This document shows, in pieces, positions 27,608-36,551 of a stretch of 64,000 nucleotides of DNA (position 1 is the stretch's first letter; each line of letters opens with the position of its first letter). The DNA comes from a virus. Under the pieces are notes generated by a model. It had not been told where the DNA came from, searched no databases, and worked only from the letters and a program-made list of their open reading frames with translations. The stretch spans positions 64,001-128,000 of the IMG/VR virus record IMGVR_UViG_3300037222_000100, one strand, 5' to 3'. Position numbers and translations under genes: made by a program.

Positions 27608-27838
27608 CGTGACTTGTCTGATAGGCTCGTCTCTCTCGTTGCGCAAGAGATACGCCGGACCTCGCTTTGCCTTCTCGATCTCGCTCTGTGGCCAAAAGGC
27701 ACGTCTATCGAGCATACCGAACGTGAGACTGTCCGTGATCAACCGCGCGCGAGTACGCTTATTGCGCCAACCCGCTATCCGTTTCACAAGGAGTTTGCGC
27801 TTGATCTTGAGCCACCGCCTGGGGGATGGGCGTTTCAT
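27584..27838 (-). CDS. Basic hypothetical protein
   Basis: ATGA overlap with the upstream 295-aa gene. Confidence 0.5.
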   Translation of the reverse strand: MKRPSPRRWLKIKRKLLVKRIAGWRNKRTRARLITDSLTFGMLDRRAFWPQSEIEKAKRGPAYLLRNERDEPIRQVTLEDVIHG

Positions 27839-28722
27839 GTCTTGACTGTGGGATCAACCGATACCTGGAGGCTCAGAACCTCCTCTGGCCTACCCTGGAC
27901 GCCCTTGAGACGAGCGAGCTTGTCCGCGACCGCCAGCCTAGCTGTATCGGTCAACTGGGGTCCGGTCTGGAATCCTGAGGACACGATGGCCGGGTTGCCG
28001 CCTGTCGGGACGAACTGTCGAATCTGCTCAACCTGATCTGGACGCACGATGCCGCCTAGAGGAGCTTTCGGCTTCGCGTTGGGATCGACGTAACCGACGA
28101 CTACGCCCTGTCGGTTGTACTCTGTCTCAACCGTCAGTTTGTTGATCGGCTGACCCGTCTCGTTGACGATCATGGCCAGAGTCGTGTTTGTCTTCTGGAT
28201 GTTCACGGTCTGGTTTTCTGCGATCCTCTTCGCCTCACCATCGCCGATCAACTGGATGAGTCCGGTCTGTAGGTTGGCAATCAGGATGTGATCGCTTTCA
28301 TCCTCTGGCCGAAGTGGGAACATGTCTCCACGCTGGCCACGGGGCGCGAGATCGATGCGCTCCTTTTTGTCCTGACGCTGAAGCCTAAGTGAGAACGGCG
28401 CGTTGTAACCGTTGCGTACCCATTTGGGTCCAGTCGCGTCTCGCTCTGCCTGTAGGGCGTCGGCCTCCTCGGTAGCCTCTACGACTGCCTCCTCCGTGGC
28501 CTGCTCTGCGGCAAGCCATGCCTCAACGGGCTCTGCGATCTCAGCGGGAACAGGAAGACCTGCGCCCTTGAGGTTGCTGTAGGTTTCTAGCAGCGCTGCC
28601 CATTGGGCCTCGGTCAACTCGACCGTGCGAGTCTCGATCTTCGGCGTTGCTTTCGGTGCTGCTTTGCGAGCGCGCGTTTTCGTTGCTTTGCGCTTCACGG
28701 GTGCTTTCTTCGTAGCTGGCAT
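27835..28722 (-). CDS. Head-associated hypothetical protein with a K/A-rich histone-like N-terminus
   Basis: MPATKKAPVKRKATKTRARKAAPKATPK; AAGGAG RBS. Confidence 0.7.
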   Translation of the reverse strand: MPATKKAPVKRKATKTRARKAAPKATPKIETRTVELTEAQWAALLETYSNLKGAGLPVPAEIAEPVEAWLAAEQATEEAVVEATEEADALQAERDATGPKWVRNGYNAPFSLRLQRQDKKERIDLAPRGQRGDMFPLRPEDESDHILIANLQTGLIQLIGDGEAKRIAENQTVNIQKTNTTLAMIVNETGQPINKLTVETEYNRQGVVVGYVDPNAKPKAPLGGIVRPDQVEQIRQFVPTGGNPAIVSSGFQTGPQLTDTARLAVADKLARLKGVQGRPEEVLSLQVSVDPTVKT

Positions 28723-28830
28723 GAGCCAATCTCCTTGTCGATATGTGAACCTAGCTGGTGCTGCGTACTACAACTCACCTATTCTTGCGACAGGGAGGGT
28801 TAGAAATCAGGCATATCGGCGAGCTAGTCT

Positions 28831-29592
28831 ATGATGGCCATTATCACTCCGCAGGGGCATGCTCTAGGTTGGAATCGACCGCTTCCTGGGCTCACATATC
28901 CGACAGCCGATCTTTCCGGCGTGACGATCCTGTCAGAGGTTGATCCTAGACCACACATGCCGCCCGCCTTGAATCAGCTAAAACTCGGTTCGTGTACGGC
29001 GAATGCCACCAACCGCTGTTTCCGTTATGACTCGATCAAGGACGGCAAAGACTGCGGAGAGCTTTCACGACTGTGGACATACTTCTTCGAGCGCCAGATC
29101 GAGGGCACTCTCAATCAGGGCGACTGCGGAGCCATGGGCCACGACGCCTTCACCGTCGCGAAACATGGAATCCCAGATGAGACGCTTTGGCAGTACGACA
29201 TCAGCAAGTTCGAAATCAAACCGCCTAACAAGCCTCGTGCTTACACCCTGACCAAGCAGGTCAAGGCCGTACCGCAATCGCTTACTGCAATTCAGCAAGC
29301 TCTATCGGCGGGGCAGACGATTCCGTTCGGCTTCACGGTCTACTCCAGCTTTGAGTCAGAACAGGTGGCCAACACGGGTATCATGCCGATGCCGAAGCCC
29401 AACGAGGAAGTCCTTGGAGGGCATGAGGTTCTCGCTTGCGGCTATCTCAAGAAGTACCCGCACTACCTACTCGTCCTCAACAGTTGGGACGTATCGTGGG
29501 GACTCAACGGCTACTTCTTGATGCCGGTGTCGTTCATCCTGGACTCGCACTACGCCAGCGATCTGCGCACTATCGCGCGCCCCATCGCCTAA
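28831..29592 (+). CDS. Papain-family (C1A) cysteine peptidase
   Basis: NQLKLGSCTANA (oxyanion Gln, catalytic Cys), GGHEVL (His), LNSWDVSWGLNGYF (Asn). Confidence 0.93.
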   Translation: MMAIITPQGHALGWNRPLPGLTYPTADLSGVTILSEVDPRPHMPPALNQLKLGSCTANATNRCFRYDSIKDGKDCGELSRLWTYFFERQIEGTLNQGDCGAMGHDAFTVAKHGIPDETLWQYDISKFEIKPPNKPRAYTLTKQVKAVPQSLTAIQQALSAGQTIPFGFTVYSSFESEQVANTGIMPMPKPNEEVLGGHEVLACGYLKKYPHYLLVLNSWDVSWGLNGYFLMPVSFILDSHYASDLRTIARPIA

Positions 29593-29610
29593 AGCGCTAT
29601 ACTCCCCGGC

Positions 29611-30252
29611 ATGGGATATGATGTCCTCGGATCAGGACTATTGAAGGGCGGCGGCGTACGCGGAGCCAAGGTACGCCAGCATGTCATTCGGGGCGGCAAG
29701 CTCAGGCACTTCCCCGACGTGCATATCACCGATTCAGGTCGGATCAAGGAGCTTGTGCCGGACTTCGAGCCAGCCTTTGAATTCGAGTACACGCGGCGCG
29801 AGCTACTGCTGCTCGCGGAGAAGATGCTGCTGAACGATTCTAAGCCCGGTGGCGAGCACCCTGCGTATCTCAATGCTCATGCGTTGCGGGCGCGACAGAA
29901 ACGAGAGATATACTGCGCCAATGGAACGCCCGAACCACACATCATTCAGGGCATGTTCTGGCGCACCCATCCTCAAGGCCGTCCATGGGCGACAGAGGAG
30001 ATGCGTCGCGCCACGGGCTGTAGCTTCTACTCCGGCGTCAAACAGACCAGCCGAGAGATTCTACCTCCGCCGCCTGAGCCTCAGGAGCTAGACTGCCTAT
30101 TTGAGGGATGCATCTATCCCGTTGTCTCGTGTGGCCTCTGCGCAGCCCACACGAGACAGAAGAGGGCTGGGAAGCCGCTTGGTCCAATCAGGAGGAACCA
30201 GGGTCTATCCAAGCTCGCTAAGCGCCTGATGGCTGTCGAGGAACATCGATGA
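29611..30252 (+). CDS. Hypothetical protein with a C-terminal CxxxxC-GLCxxH zinc finger
   Basis: TATACT-N7-ATG start. C-terminal CLFEGC...GLCAAH...GKPLGPI. Confidence 0.75.
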   Translation: MGYDVLGSGLLKGGGVRGAKVRQHVIRGGKLRHFPDVHITDSGRIKELVPDFEPAFEFEYTRRELLLLAEKMLLNDSKPGGEHPAYLNAHALRARQKREIYCANGTPEPHIIQGMFWRTHPQGRPWATEEMRRATGCSFYSGVKQTSREILPPPPEPQELDCLFEGCIYPVVSCGLCAAHTRQKRAGKPLGPIRRNQGLSKLAKRLMAVEEHR

Positions 30253-30374
30253 AATCCTAGACAGATGTCGGATCGTATTCTCGCGCGAGTCGTCAACCTA
30301 GTAGATATGACGACACGAGACAAACGTGCGATTGAGGCTGTCATCGCAGCCTGGGTCCGAGTACAAGAGAACAA

Positions 30375-30405
30375 GAAAAAGCCCCGCATGTAGCGGGGCT
30401 TTTTC
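30375..30405. terminator. Bidirectional intrinsic terminator
   Basis: GAAAAAGCCCCGC-ATGTA-GCGGGGCTTTTTC is a perfect stem with A/T tracts, between the convergent capsid gene and plus-strand genes. Confidence 0.92.
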
Positions 30406-30424
30406 GTTGCGTCTTGGTTGGACC

Positions 30425-31516
30425 TTACAGCGTCCAGGTGCCAGGTGCGCCGGTTCCGAGGCCCGTGATGTCGAGCTTCGAAGGTGCAGCGTTGCTTGAC
30501 GCCTTGAGGATGCGAGACAGTCCACGCGGGTTGAGGATAAGCATTCCGACAAGCTCGTCCATGACCCATCCCTTGTAGAACTGCTCGACCTGATGGTTCT
30601 CCTCGACATCGAGAGAGTACATGACAGGGAAGACCCCGATGAACTCCGGCTCGGCTGCGAGGAAGACCTCACCCTGAGGGATGATGATCGAACGCTGGAT
30701 TTGGAACTCGCCGAAGGACGTAATACGTCCGCCTGCGAAGACCTCATCCTTGAAGCGGAACCCTGTGGCGTTGAGGTCCCAGTTGTAGAGGTCGCGAATG
30801 TCTGCCGGGTGGGCAAGCACGCGACGTGCCTCTAGCTGGTTGATCTCGATCTGAGTTACCGCGTTGTAGAAGTCAGCGGGCTCCAACGGGTTACCGGCTC
30901 CGAGGAGAACGGTGTGCTCGTTAGGCTCTGCTTCCGGTCCTGCTGCGATCCCAACTGCGCGACCACCAGTAGGTGCGAGGCCAACGACGTTGTTGGTAAG
31001 CGCTTCGCCGAGTCCTTTGATGGCCTGCTCAAGAAGTAGGACTAGACGTGCGTCCTCCTGCTTCTGGATGGCCTGACGGGACTCGTCCTGCGCGTATTCA
31101 ACCGCGTTGACTCGCAAGTAGTAGAGGTCCTCCTTGCGGATGCGTGGGAACGTCGCCAAACGGAACAGAGCAGGGAATGCCTGCTTGCCCTCGAACGGCG
31201 TGATCTTGACCTCGGCGTCAGTGCTGTTCAGCACGTACGCACGTCCAAGGTCGTCCAGGATGTCGTAAGGCATGAGGGGTCCGCGCTCTAGCGTATCCTC
31301 CACGAGGACGTTACGAACGATACCCTCGTACCTTAGACGAATCTGAATCGGGCCGATCATGCCCTGGCCGATACGACGCATCGCGTTACCCTTGTCGGCA
31401 AGGATAGCTTCGAGGCGTCCGACCTTCTGCTTCTTGGAGAGCTTCGGAAGGTCCTTTAGCTTCTCCTCGTAGTCACCAGAAGCGACTACCTGACGTTGGA
31501 AATTCTCATATCCCAT
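30425..31516 (-). CDS. Major capsid protein (HK97-like fold)
   Basis: MIGPIQIRLRYEGIVRNVLVED...LATFPRIRKEDLYYLRVNAVEYAQDESRQAIQKQED...GWVMDELVGMLILNPRG. AGGAGG RBS, strong codon bias, followed by a terminator. Confidence 0.92.
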   Translation of the reverse strand: MGYENFQRQVVASGDYEEKLKDLPKLSKKQKVGRLEAILADKGNAMRRIGQGMIGPIQIRLRYEGIVRNVLVEDTLERGPLMPYDILDDLGRAYVLNSTDAEVKITPFEGKQAFPALFRLATFPRIRKEDLYYLRVNAVEYAQDESRQAIQKQEDARLVLLLEQAIKGLGEALTNNVVGLAPTGGRAVGIAAGPEAEPNEHTVLLGAGNPLEPADFYNAVTQIEINQLEARRVLAHPADIRDLYNWDLNATGFRFKDEVFAGGRITSFGEFQIQRSIIIPQGEVFLAAEPEFIGVFPVMYSLDVEENHQVEQFYKGWVMDELVGMLILNPRGLSRILKASSNAAPSKLDITGLGTGAPGTWTL

Positions 31517-31531
31517 GTCTGTCTCGCCTCC

Positions 31532-32140
31532 TTAGACTAGTAGCTTGAATCGCAGAACGCTTGGGTTGCTGTAGTCAACAACTTCCGCGATCTTGGTTTC
31601 GTTGGTACCTTTAGTTACGCCCAGGCGTCCATCTTTGCCGACGTACAGGTACACAGGCTTTCCTTCTTTGTTTTCCGCAACCTTCGTAGAAAGTTCCGTT
31701 GAGTCGAAGCCCGGTGCGATCAGATCGTACACGGAGTCCGGTCCCTGCCATGCAGAGATTTGGTTGGACTGTTTGATGTTGTCAAACGTTCCACCGACCC
31801 ACTGCCCAAGGAGTCCGTAGACACCCGTTGCAGTCCCGGCGTCGCCGATGGCGAAAGCTTCGCCTACCGTCTTGACGAGGACTAGTCCAGGTACGAGTGA
31901 ACCTTCAAATGTGAAGGCATCTCCCGAACGCGAGAACGGGGCTGCTGCTGCTCCACCGACCGGTGTGACTCCCGCTTCGTCCGTTTTCAACGGAACGCGA
32001 ATGCCACCCGTGGTGTTACGCAGCGAAGGATCGATGATCCCGGCGAACGGTGTCGCCTGGGTCTGTCCCTCTACAACCCTGAGAAGGCGCTTCTGGGCCG
32101 TCAGGTTGATGTTGCTTGCGTCACCGTAAATTACTTGCAT
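31532..32140 (-). CDS. Capsid decoration / minor head protein
   Basis: Lies between the protease-scaffold and MCP genes. TQATPFA...PGLVLVKT motif. Confidence 0.7.
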   Translation of the reverse strand: MQVIYGDASNINLTAQKRLLRVVEGQTQATPFAGIIDPSLRNTTGGIRVPLKTDEAGVTPVGGAAAAPFSRSGDAFTFEGSLVPGLVLVKTVGEAFAIGDAGTATGVYGLLGQWVGGTFDNIKQSNQISAWQGPDSVYDLIAPGFDSTELSTKVAENKEGKPVYLYVGKDGRLGVTKGTNETKIAEVVDYSNPSVLRFKLLV

Positions 32141-32234
32141 TGGTGAGTGATTCCTTTTGGTTGTAGCGCCAGAAGCGCTAAGTCATCACTCATTGTCATG
32201 ACGGGGCACTACCGAAAGTAAGTAGCTTTACGGA

Positions 32235-34568
32235 TTAGCGTGTGAACAGACCGGAGTCGAGCGTCTCGTCTGTGACCGAAACCGACTCGGACTCATCGCT
32301 CGAAACACGTTCGAATGCGTGACCATCCTGGTCTACCATCCGACGATCTCCTGCCGTATGCTGGCCAAAGCCGCTTGGCATACGAGCCACGCCTGCCGTG
32401 CGCTGCTTGGCAAGCTTCTGCGTAGCCGCAGTCTTGACACGCGAGAGCATGTCTAGCTGTGCCGTGATCTGCTCGTCGTCCTGAGCGTCAAGGTCCGCGA
32501 TGCGGTTGTACTTCTCGTCCGGGCCGATCATGCCTAGCTCTGTTTCCAGATCAGTGAGCTTGATCGCCGCGATGATATGCGAAGTGAATCCCTCGGTCGC
32601 GATGGACTCCGGCGTAACCGGGTCCTGCTGACGTAGAACCTTGTTGCCCTCTGTGCCAGTCCACTGACTCGTCGGTCCAGAGTTGTTCTCCGGAGTTGCC
32701 GCTGGCTGGAGCACGTCAACGCGCTCGCCAAATGACTCGGCAACGGGCTGAACGCCCTTGACGGTCGAACCTCCGCTGAGGCCAGGCTGGTCGTAGAACG
32801 GCTTTGCGTCATACGCCTGACGGACAGACGAGTCCTTGTTCTGGTTGCCTTCGAGGCTATCAGTGGTTACTCCATCCGTGAAGCCCTTCTCGGTGCCATC
32901 GGAATCGCCATAGGTCGCGGTCGGGCCGCTGTCCTCGGTCGTTTTCGTAGCGTCGAAACCAGCGTCATCTGATCCCTCAGATGCCGTAGGCAGACTCTCA
33001 GTCTTGTCGGCGTCAACATCTGTGACGCCTGTCGTGCCTACGCTGGTAACGTCTACCTGTGCGTCGGCCTTGGATGCTGCATCGTTGCTAGGCTCGATGA
33101 CCCCACCAACGCCAGTAGCGTCAACCCGCGCGTCAGGCGAAGCCTCCGGGCCAGTAGGACCATCAGCGATCTTCGTGCTCATGGTATCTCCTTGATGGTT
33201 GTTATTGGCTGCCTCGATGAGGTCCTGCGCTGTGCGCATTGTTGCCGTGACAGGCTTAGCCGGGTTCTTCACCACAGTGGTCGTGACTGGCTCGTTCGTA
33301 GCAGGCTTTGTGGTCGTTTTGATCGGCCTTTCCTGCTGGTTGATTCGAGCAGCCACCTTTGGGTTCAGCTTTGGTTGCCAACGCATGTCACCCATTACAC
33401 TCGCGGATGCAGCGCTATTTCTAGCAGTCAAGAAGCTACCCTCCTGCTTGGGCGGTGCGTGACCTGCGGGCTCTGCGGACGGTGCTGCCGGTGTCTCTGC
33501 GCCCTGTGCCAGCGCATTATCCTGCTGAACCTCTTGCTCGCTGCCCTGCGCCATGTCGCCTTGAAGCTCTTGGGCCTTGGTCAGGTCGGGGTTATCCATA
33601 CCCTTGGGCGGCTCGACATATCCACACACATCACACGTCTCGCCCTCCATCGTCTCGCCGCAGATTGGGCAAGCGTGCTCTTCACGCATGGTGTCTACAT
33701 CTTCGGGTGCCGATGGCAGGAAGGACTGAGGTAGTGCATTCTCAGCCGTCTTGCCCAAGCCCTCGTCGTTGACGCTCGCACGGATTTCACGGGCGAGCGC
33801 TGTCTCGTCAGCGGGATCGAACACGCCGCTGATCTCGAAGAAGTGAATGCCGTAGCAGTTCTCGTAGCTCTTACGCGAGATGCGTTTGCCATCCGCCGTC
33901 TTGTAGTCGTGATGCGCACCCTTCATGACGATGTGCGAGCAGTACTCGTCGGGGTTGGTCGCCACATGACCGCAGTGCGAACACTTCGAGCGCTCGACAT
34001 CGCAGCCCATGGAGAATCCGTCGAGGTCGCCACTACGAACGGCCTTGGCGTACGTCGGAAAGGTCTTGGCGTCGATCTCCAGGAGTAGCTCGACCTCAGT
34101 CGGCGGAGCGTGCTCAGGGTCCATGCTCTCGCTGCCCCAGTAGGTGTCACCACTCGCTGCGGTGTGCTCTATCGGAAGGACTTTGAGCTTGCTGTCTACT
34201 ACGACGCCGCGAGCGCGAGACGGATCGGAGTTGTTGTGATCGATGAAGTTTGGCTTGCCGATGAAGGTCGCGAATCCAAACTGCTTGTCGCCATCCGCCG
34301 CCTCGACCGTAAAGCCGGTCGCAGACTGCTTAGCGTGACGGTCGAAGACCTCAGAGCCTCCAGCAAGCTCGACAGACGGCCAGCCATCGTGGTTCTTGTT
34401 GACGCGGCTAGAGATCGCACGCAGGCGTACGTACATGTAGCCATCGTCGGTGCGGTAGTCGTGGAAGTCACTCAGCTTGTCGAGCGTGGCTGTGCGACGC
34501 CGCGAAGGCGAGCCCTTGACCTCAAGGACCTCCGCATCTTCGAAGCTCGCGAACTTGGTGAAGCTCAT
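32235..34568 (-). CDS. Prohead protease-scaffold fusion
   Basis: RAISSRVNKNHDGW...FIDHNNSDP...GFSMGCDVERSKCSHCGH...FFEISGVFDPADETA protease domain, followed by a long acidic low-complexity scaffold. ATG 34568 is preceded by TAAC-N7. Confidence 0.85.
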   Translation of the reverse strand: MSFTKFASFEDAEVLEVKGSPSRRRTATLDKLSDFHDYRTDDGYMYVRLRAISSRVNKNHDGWPSVELAGGSEVFDRHAKQSATGFTVEAADGDKQFGFATFIGKPNFIDHNNSDPSRARGVVVDSKLKVLPIEHTAASGDTYWGSESMDPEHAPPTEVELLLEIDAKTFPTYAKAVRSGDLDGFSMGCDVERSKCSHCGHVATNPDEYCSHIVMKGAHHDYKTADGKRISRKSYENCYGIHFFEISGVFDPADETALAREIRASVNDEGLGKTAENALPQSFLPSAPEDVDTMREEHACPICGETMEGETCDVCGYVEPPKGMDNPDLTKAQELQGDMAQGSEQEVQQDNALAQGAETPAAPSAEPAGHAPPKQEGSFLTARNSAASASVMGDMRWQPKLNPKVAARINQQERPIKTTTKPATNEPVTTTVVKNPAKPVTATMRTAQDLIEAANNNHQGDTMSTKIADGPTGPEASPDARVDATGVGGVIEPSNDAASKADAQVDVTSVGTTGVTDVDADKTESLPTASEGSDDAGFDATKTTEDSGPTATYGDSDGTEKGFTDGVTTDSLEGNQNKDSSVRQAYDAKPFYDQPGLSGGSTVKGVQPVAESFGERVDVLQPAATPENNSGPTSQWTGTEGNKVLRQQDPVTPESIATEGFTSHIIAAIKLTDLETELGMIGPDEKYNRIADLDAQDDEQITAQLDMLSRVKTAATQKLAKQRTAGVARMPSGFGQHTAGDRRMVDQDGHAFERVSSDESESVSVTDETLDSGLFTR

Positions 34569-34618
34569 CTCAGTAGTTATGCGGTAGCAAGGCCGCAAAC
34601 CTATGGTGCCTGAAGCTC

Positions 34619-34647
34619 TTGACACGGAGTAGCTTATCCTGTAGACT
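34619..34647 (+). promoter_or_regulatory. Sigma-A-type promoter, leaderless
   Basis: TTGACA-N17-TAGACT, then 7 nt to ATG 34655. Confidence 0.85.
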
Positions 34648-34654
34648 ATCGATC

Positions 34655-35233
34655 ATGAAAATCAAGAGCCTCATCTCCGCTGCCGTTTTGTCCTTGGTCT
34701 TCGCTGCCCCCGCGATTGCGAGTGCCAACCCCGAATTGTCTGTGACGCCGCAATCGGTCCTCAAAGGGGAAGCCGTTACGTATCACGCCCAGGGCGTCTC
34801 TGGCCTCTTTGTCGTCAATCTCAAACCCAGCGCATGTAAGCTTCATCGTGCCGAAAACGGTGACCTCGGCAAATGGGGACGACTGACGACCGAAACCGAA
34901 GGCACCATCCCACCTGAACAATACGAATCCTTGGGTGTCTATCATGTATGTCTCTACCCCGGAGAAGCCAATAGCGCTGAACTTGGGGCAGAAGCGACAT
35001 TCGAAACGGTCACGCTTCTTCCGTCCCCTGCCCCAACGCCAAGTCCCATAGTGACCTCTGTAGCCACACCTACTGTGGCTTCCGAACCCACAACGGGACC
35101 TGTGGCTGCGCGGGTAACTCACGCTGCTGTGCCATCGAAGCGCGCAAAGGCCGTAGCCAAGTGCAAGCGCCTCAATCGACACAAGCGGAAGAAGCTAGCT
35201 CGCTGTCTGCGTAAAGCTAAGCGTCTTCACTGA
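34655..35233 (+). CDS. Secreted protein with a Pro/Thr linker and a basic Cys-containing C-terminal tail
   Basis: Signal peptide MKIKSLISAAVLSLVFAAPAIASA. Tail AKAVAKCKRLNRHKRKKLARCLRKAKRLH. Confidence 0.8.
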   Translation: MKIKSLISAAVLSLVFAAPAIASANPELSVTPQSVLKGEAVTYHAQGVSGLFVVNLKPSACKLHRAENGDLGKWGRLTTETEGTIPPEQYESLGVYHVCLYPGEANSAELGAEATFETVTLLPSPAPTPSPIVTSVATPTVASEPTTGPVAARVTHAAVPSKRAKAVAKCKRLNRHKRKKLARCLRKAKRLH

Positions 35234-35417
35234 GCAGGTCTACGATCAGGTTCTCACTGTCGTAGCTAAGCGTCTTGAACGTGGCGATTGCTCCGCGCTC
35301 TTGCTTCTCAGGTAGGCCGCATGCCTCGATGAATCCGCAGATGCGCCCGCGCATACGATTGAACTCCTCGCGAACCGTCTTCTCTAGGTCGGCGGAGGGC
35401 ACTGCATCCCTCGACAT
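35217..35417 (-). CDS. Hypothetical protein
   Basis: AGAGGAG RBS; 66 aa. Confidence 0.65.
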   Translation of the reverse strand: MSRDAVPSADLEKTVREEFNRMRGRICGFIEACGLPEKQERGAIATFKTLSYDSENLIVDLLSEDA

Positions 35418-35429
35418 GTGAACTCCTCT

Positions 35430-36209
35430 TTAGTAGGCGCTGATTAGAGCCTTGGCGACCTTGTGGCCATGCTCATTGACGTGCGTCTGAACCTGCTTGA
35501 CTTTGAATCCCGTGCCGCGAGCAAGTTCGTTGAGTTCACTATCCACGTCTGCGGAAGTGTAGTGATCGGGAACTCGTTCCTCGACCTCGAACGTTGCTGC
35601 TACTCCGATGAGTCCCTCCCACGGGTGAGGGGTGATGTGCGCAAATGCAGGAGCACCGACCGGCGTCTGTCCCGGTGGGACCTCGCCAGGCTTGAGAGGA
35701 CCGCCAGGACCCTTCTCCTTCTCGTCCGGTGCGGGCGGGCCACCCTGCGGCGGTCCAGGAGGACCGGCCGGTGGCTCTTCGCCAGGGATGGCGTTTTCAC
35801 CAGGAGCTTCGCCATCGGGAATGCCGAGTGCAACGAGAATCTTCTGGACAGCATCCATGAGGGCGTGAATCTCGTGCTTCTCGCCGCCCTTCTCCTTGCC
35901 GTCCTCCTTGTTCTCATCGTCCTTCGGAGGCTCGTCTCCGCCAGTTTCGCCATCATCAGCGCCACCCTCTTCAGGAGCGGTGTCTCCGGGACCCTCGCTC
36001 TTAGGACCAGGGGCCTCCTCAGTCTCGTCGGCAGGTCCACCGAATGGTGAATCCGCGACATGCACTGCGGCTACCCAGTGACCGTCAAGCTCTTCGAGAA
36101 CGTACTCGTCGGCGTGCTTGGGGAAGTCTGGGTTGCGACGAAATGCCGCCTCAGCCTCCTCCTTGCTCACCTTACTGACCTGAGGTCCGGTTGCTAGTTT
36201 GATTGCCAT
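35430..36209 (-). CDS. Putative internal head protein (Pro/Gly/Glu-rich)
   Basis: TAAC-N5-ATG start; low-complexity core; located next to the protease gene. Confidence 0.65.
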   Translation of the reverse strand: MAIKLATGPQVSKVSKEEAEAAFRRNPDFPKHADEYVLEELDGHWVAAVHVADSPFGGPADETEEAPGPKSEGPGDTAPEEGGADDGETGGDEPPKDDENKEDGKEKGGEKHEIHALMDAVQKILVALGIPDGEAPGENAIPGEEPPAGPPGPPQGGPPAPDEKEKGPGGPLKPGEVPPGQTPVGAPAFAHITPHPWEGLIGVAATFEVEERVPDHYTSADVDSELNELARGTGFKVKQVQTHVNEHGHKVAKALISAY

Positions 36210-36249
36210 CGCTTGTTATCTCCTAGAAGTCGCAGGTTTGAAAGGGTTC

Positions 36250-36540
36250 TTACACGGACCCTGGAATGTGAACGATTCGCGGTGCCGCGCCACTAGGCCG
36301 GTCCTCGCGCATGATCTTCTCGCGCTGCTCCTGAGGCATGGCGCGAAGCTCACTCAACGTGTACTGGCGCTTCTGGTCCAGAGGACGATTGCAGCTAGGG
36401 CAAGTGCCTCCGGGATAACCGTTGAAGCCACAGATGGCGCACTCGACGGTCGGGGGTCCCTGACGCGCTTCCTGCTCCTCTCTGATGATCTGTGCCCGAA
36501 CCTCGGCCGGGACTTGTGATGTGTCTGGTGTATCTGACAT
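36250..36540 (-). CDS. Zinc-ribbon protein
   Basis: CAICGF...CPSC; AAGGA RBS. Confidence 0.65.
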   Translation of the reverse strand: MSDTPDTSQVPAEVRAQIIREEQEARQGPPTVECAICGFNGYPGGTCPSCNRPLDQKRQYTLSELRAMPQEQREKIMREDRPSGAAPRIVHIPGSV

Positions 36541-36551
36541 GACTTCCTTTC

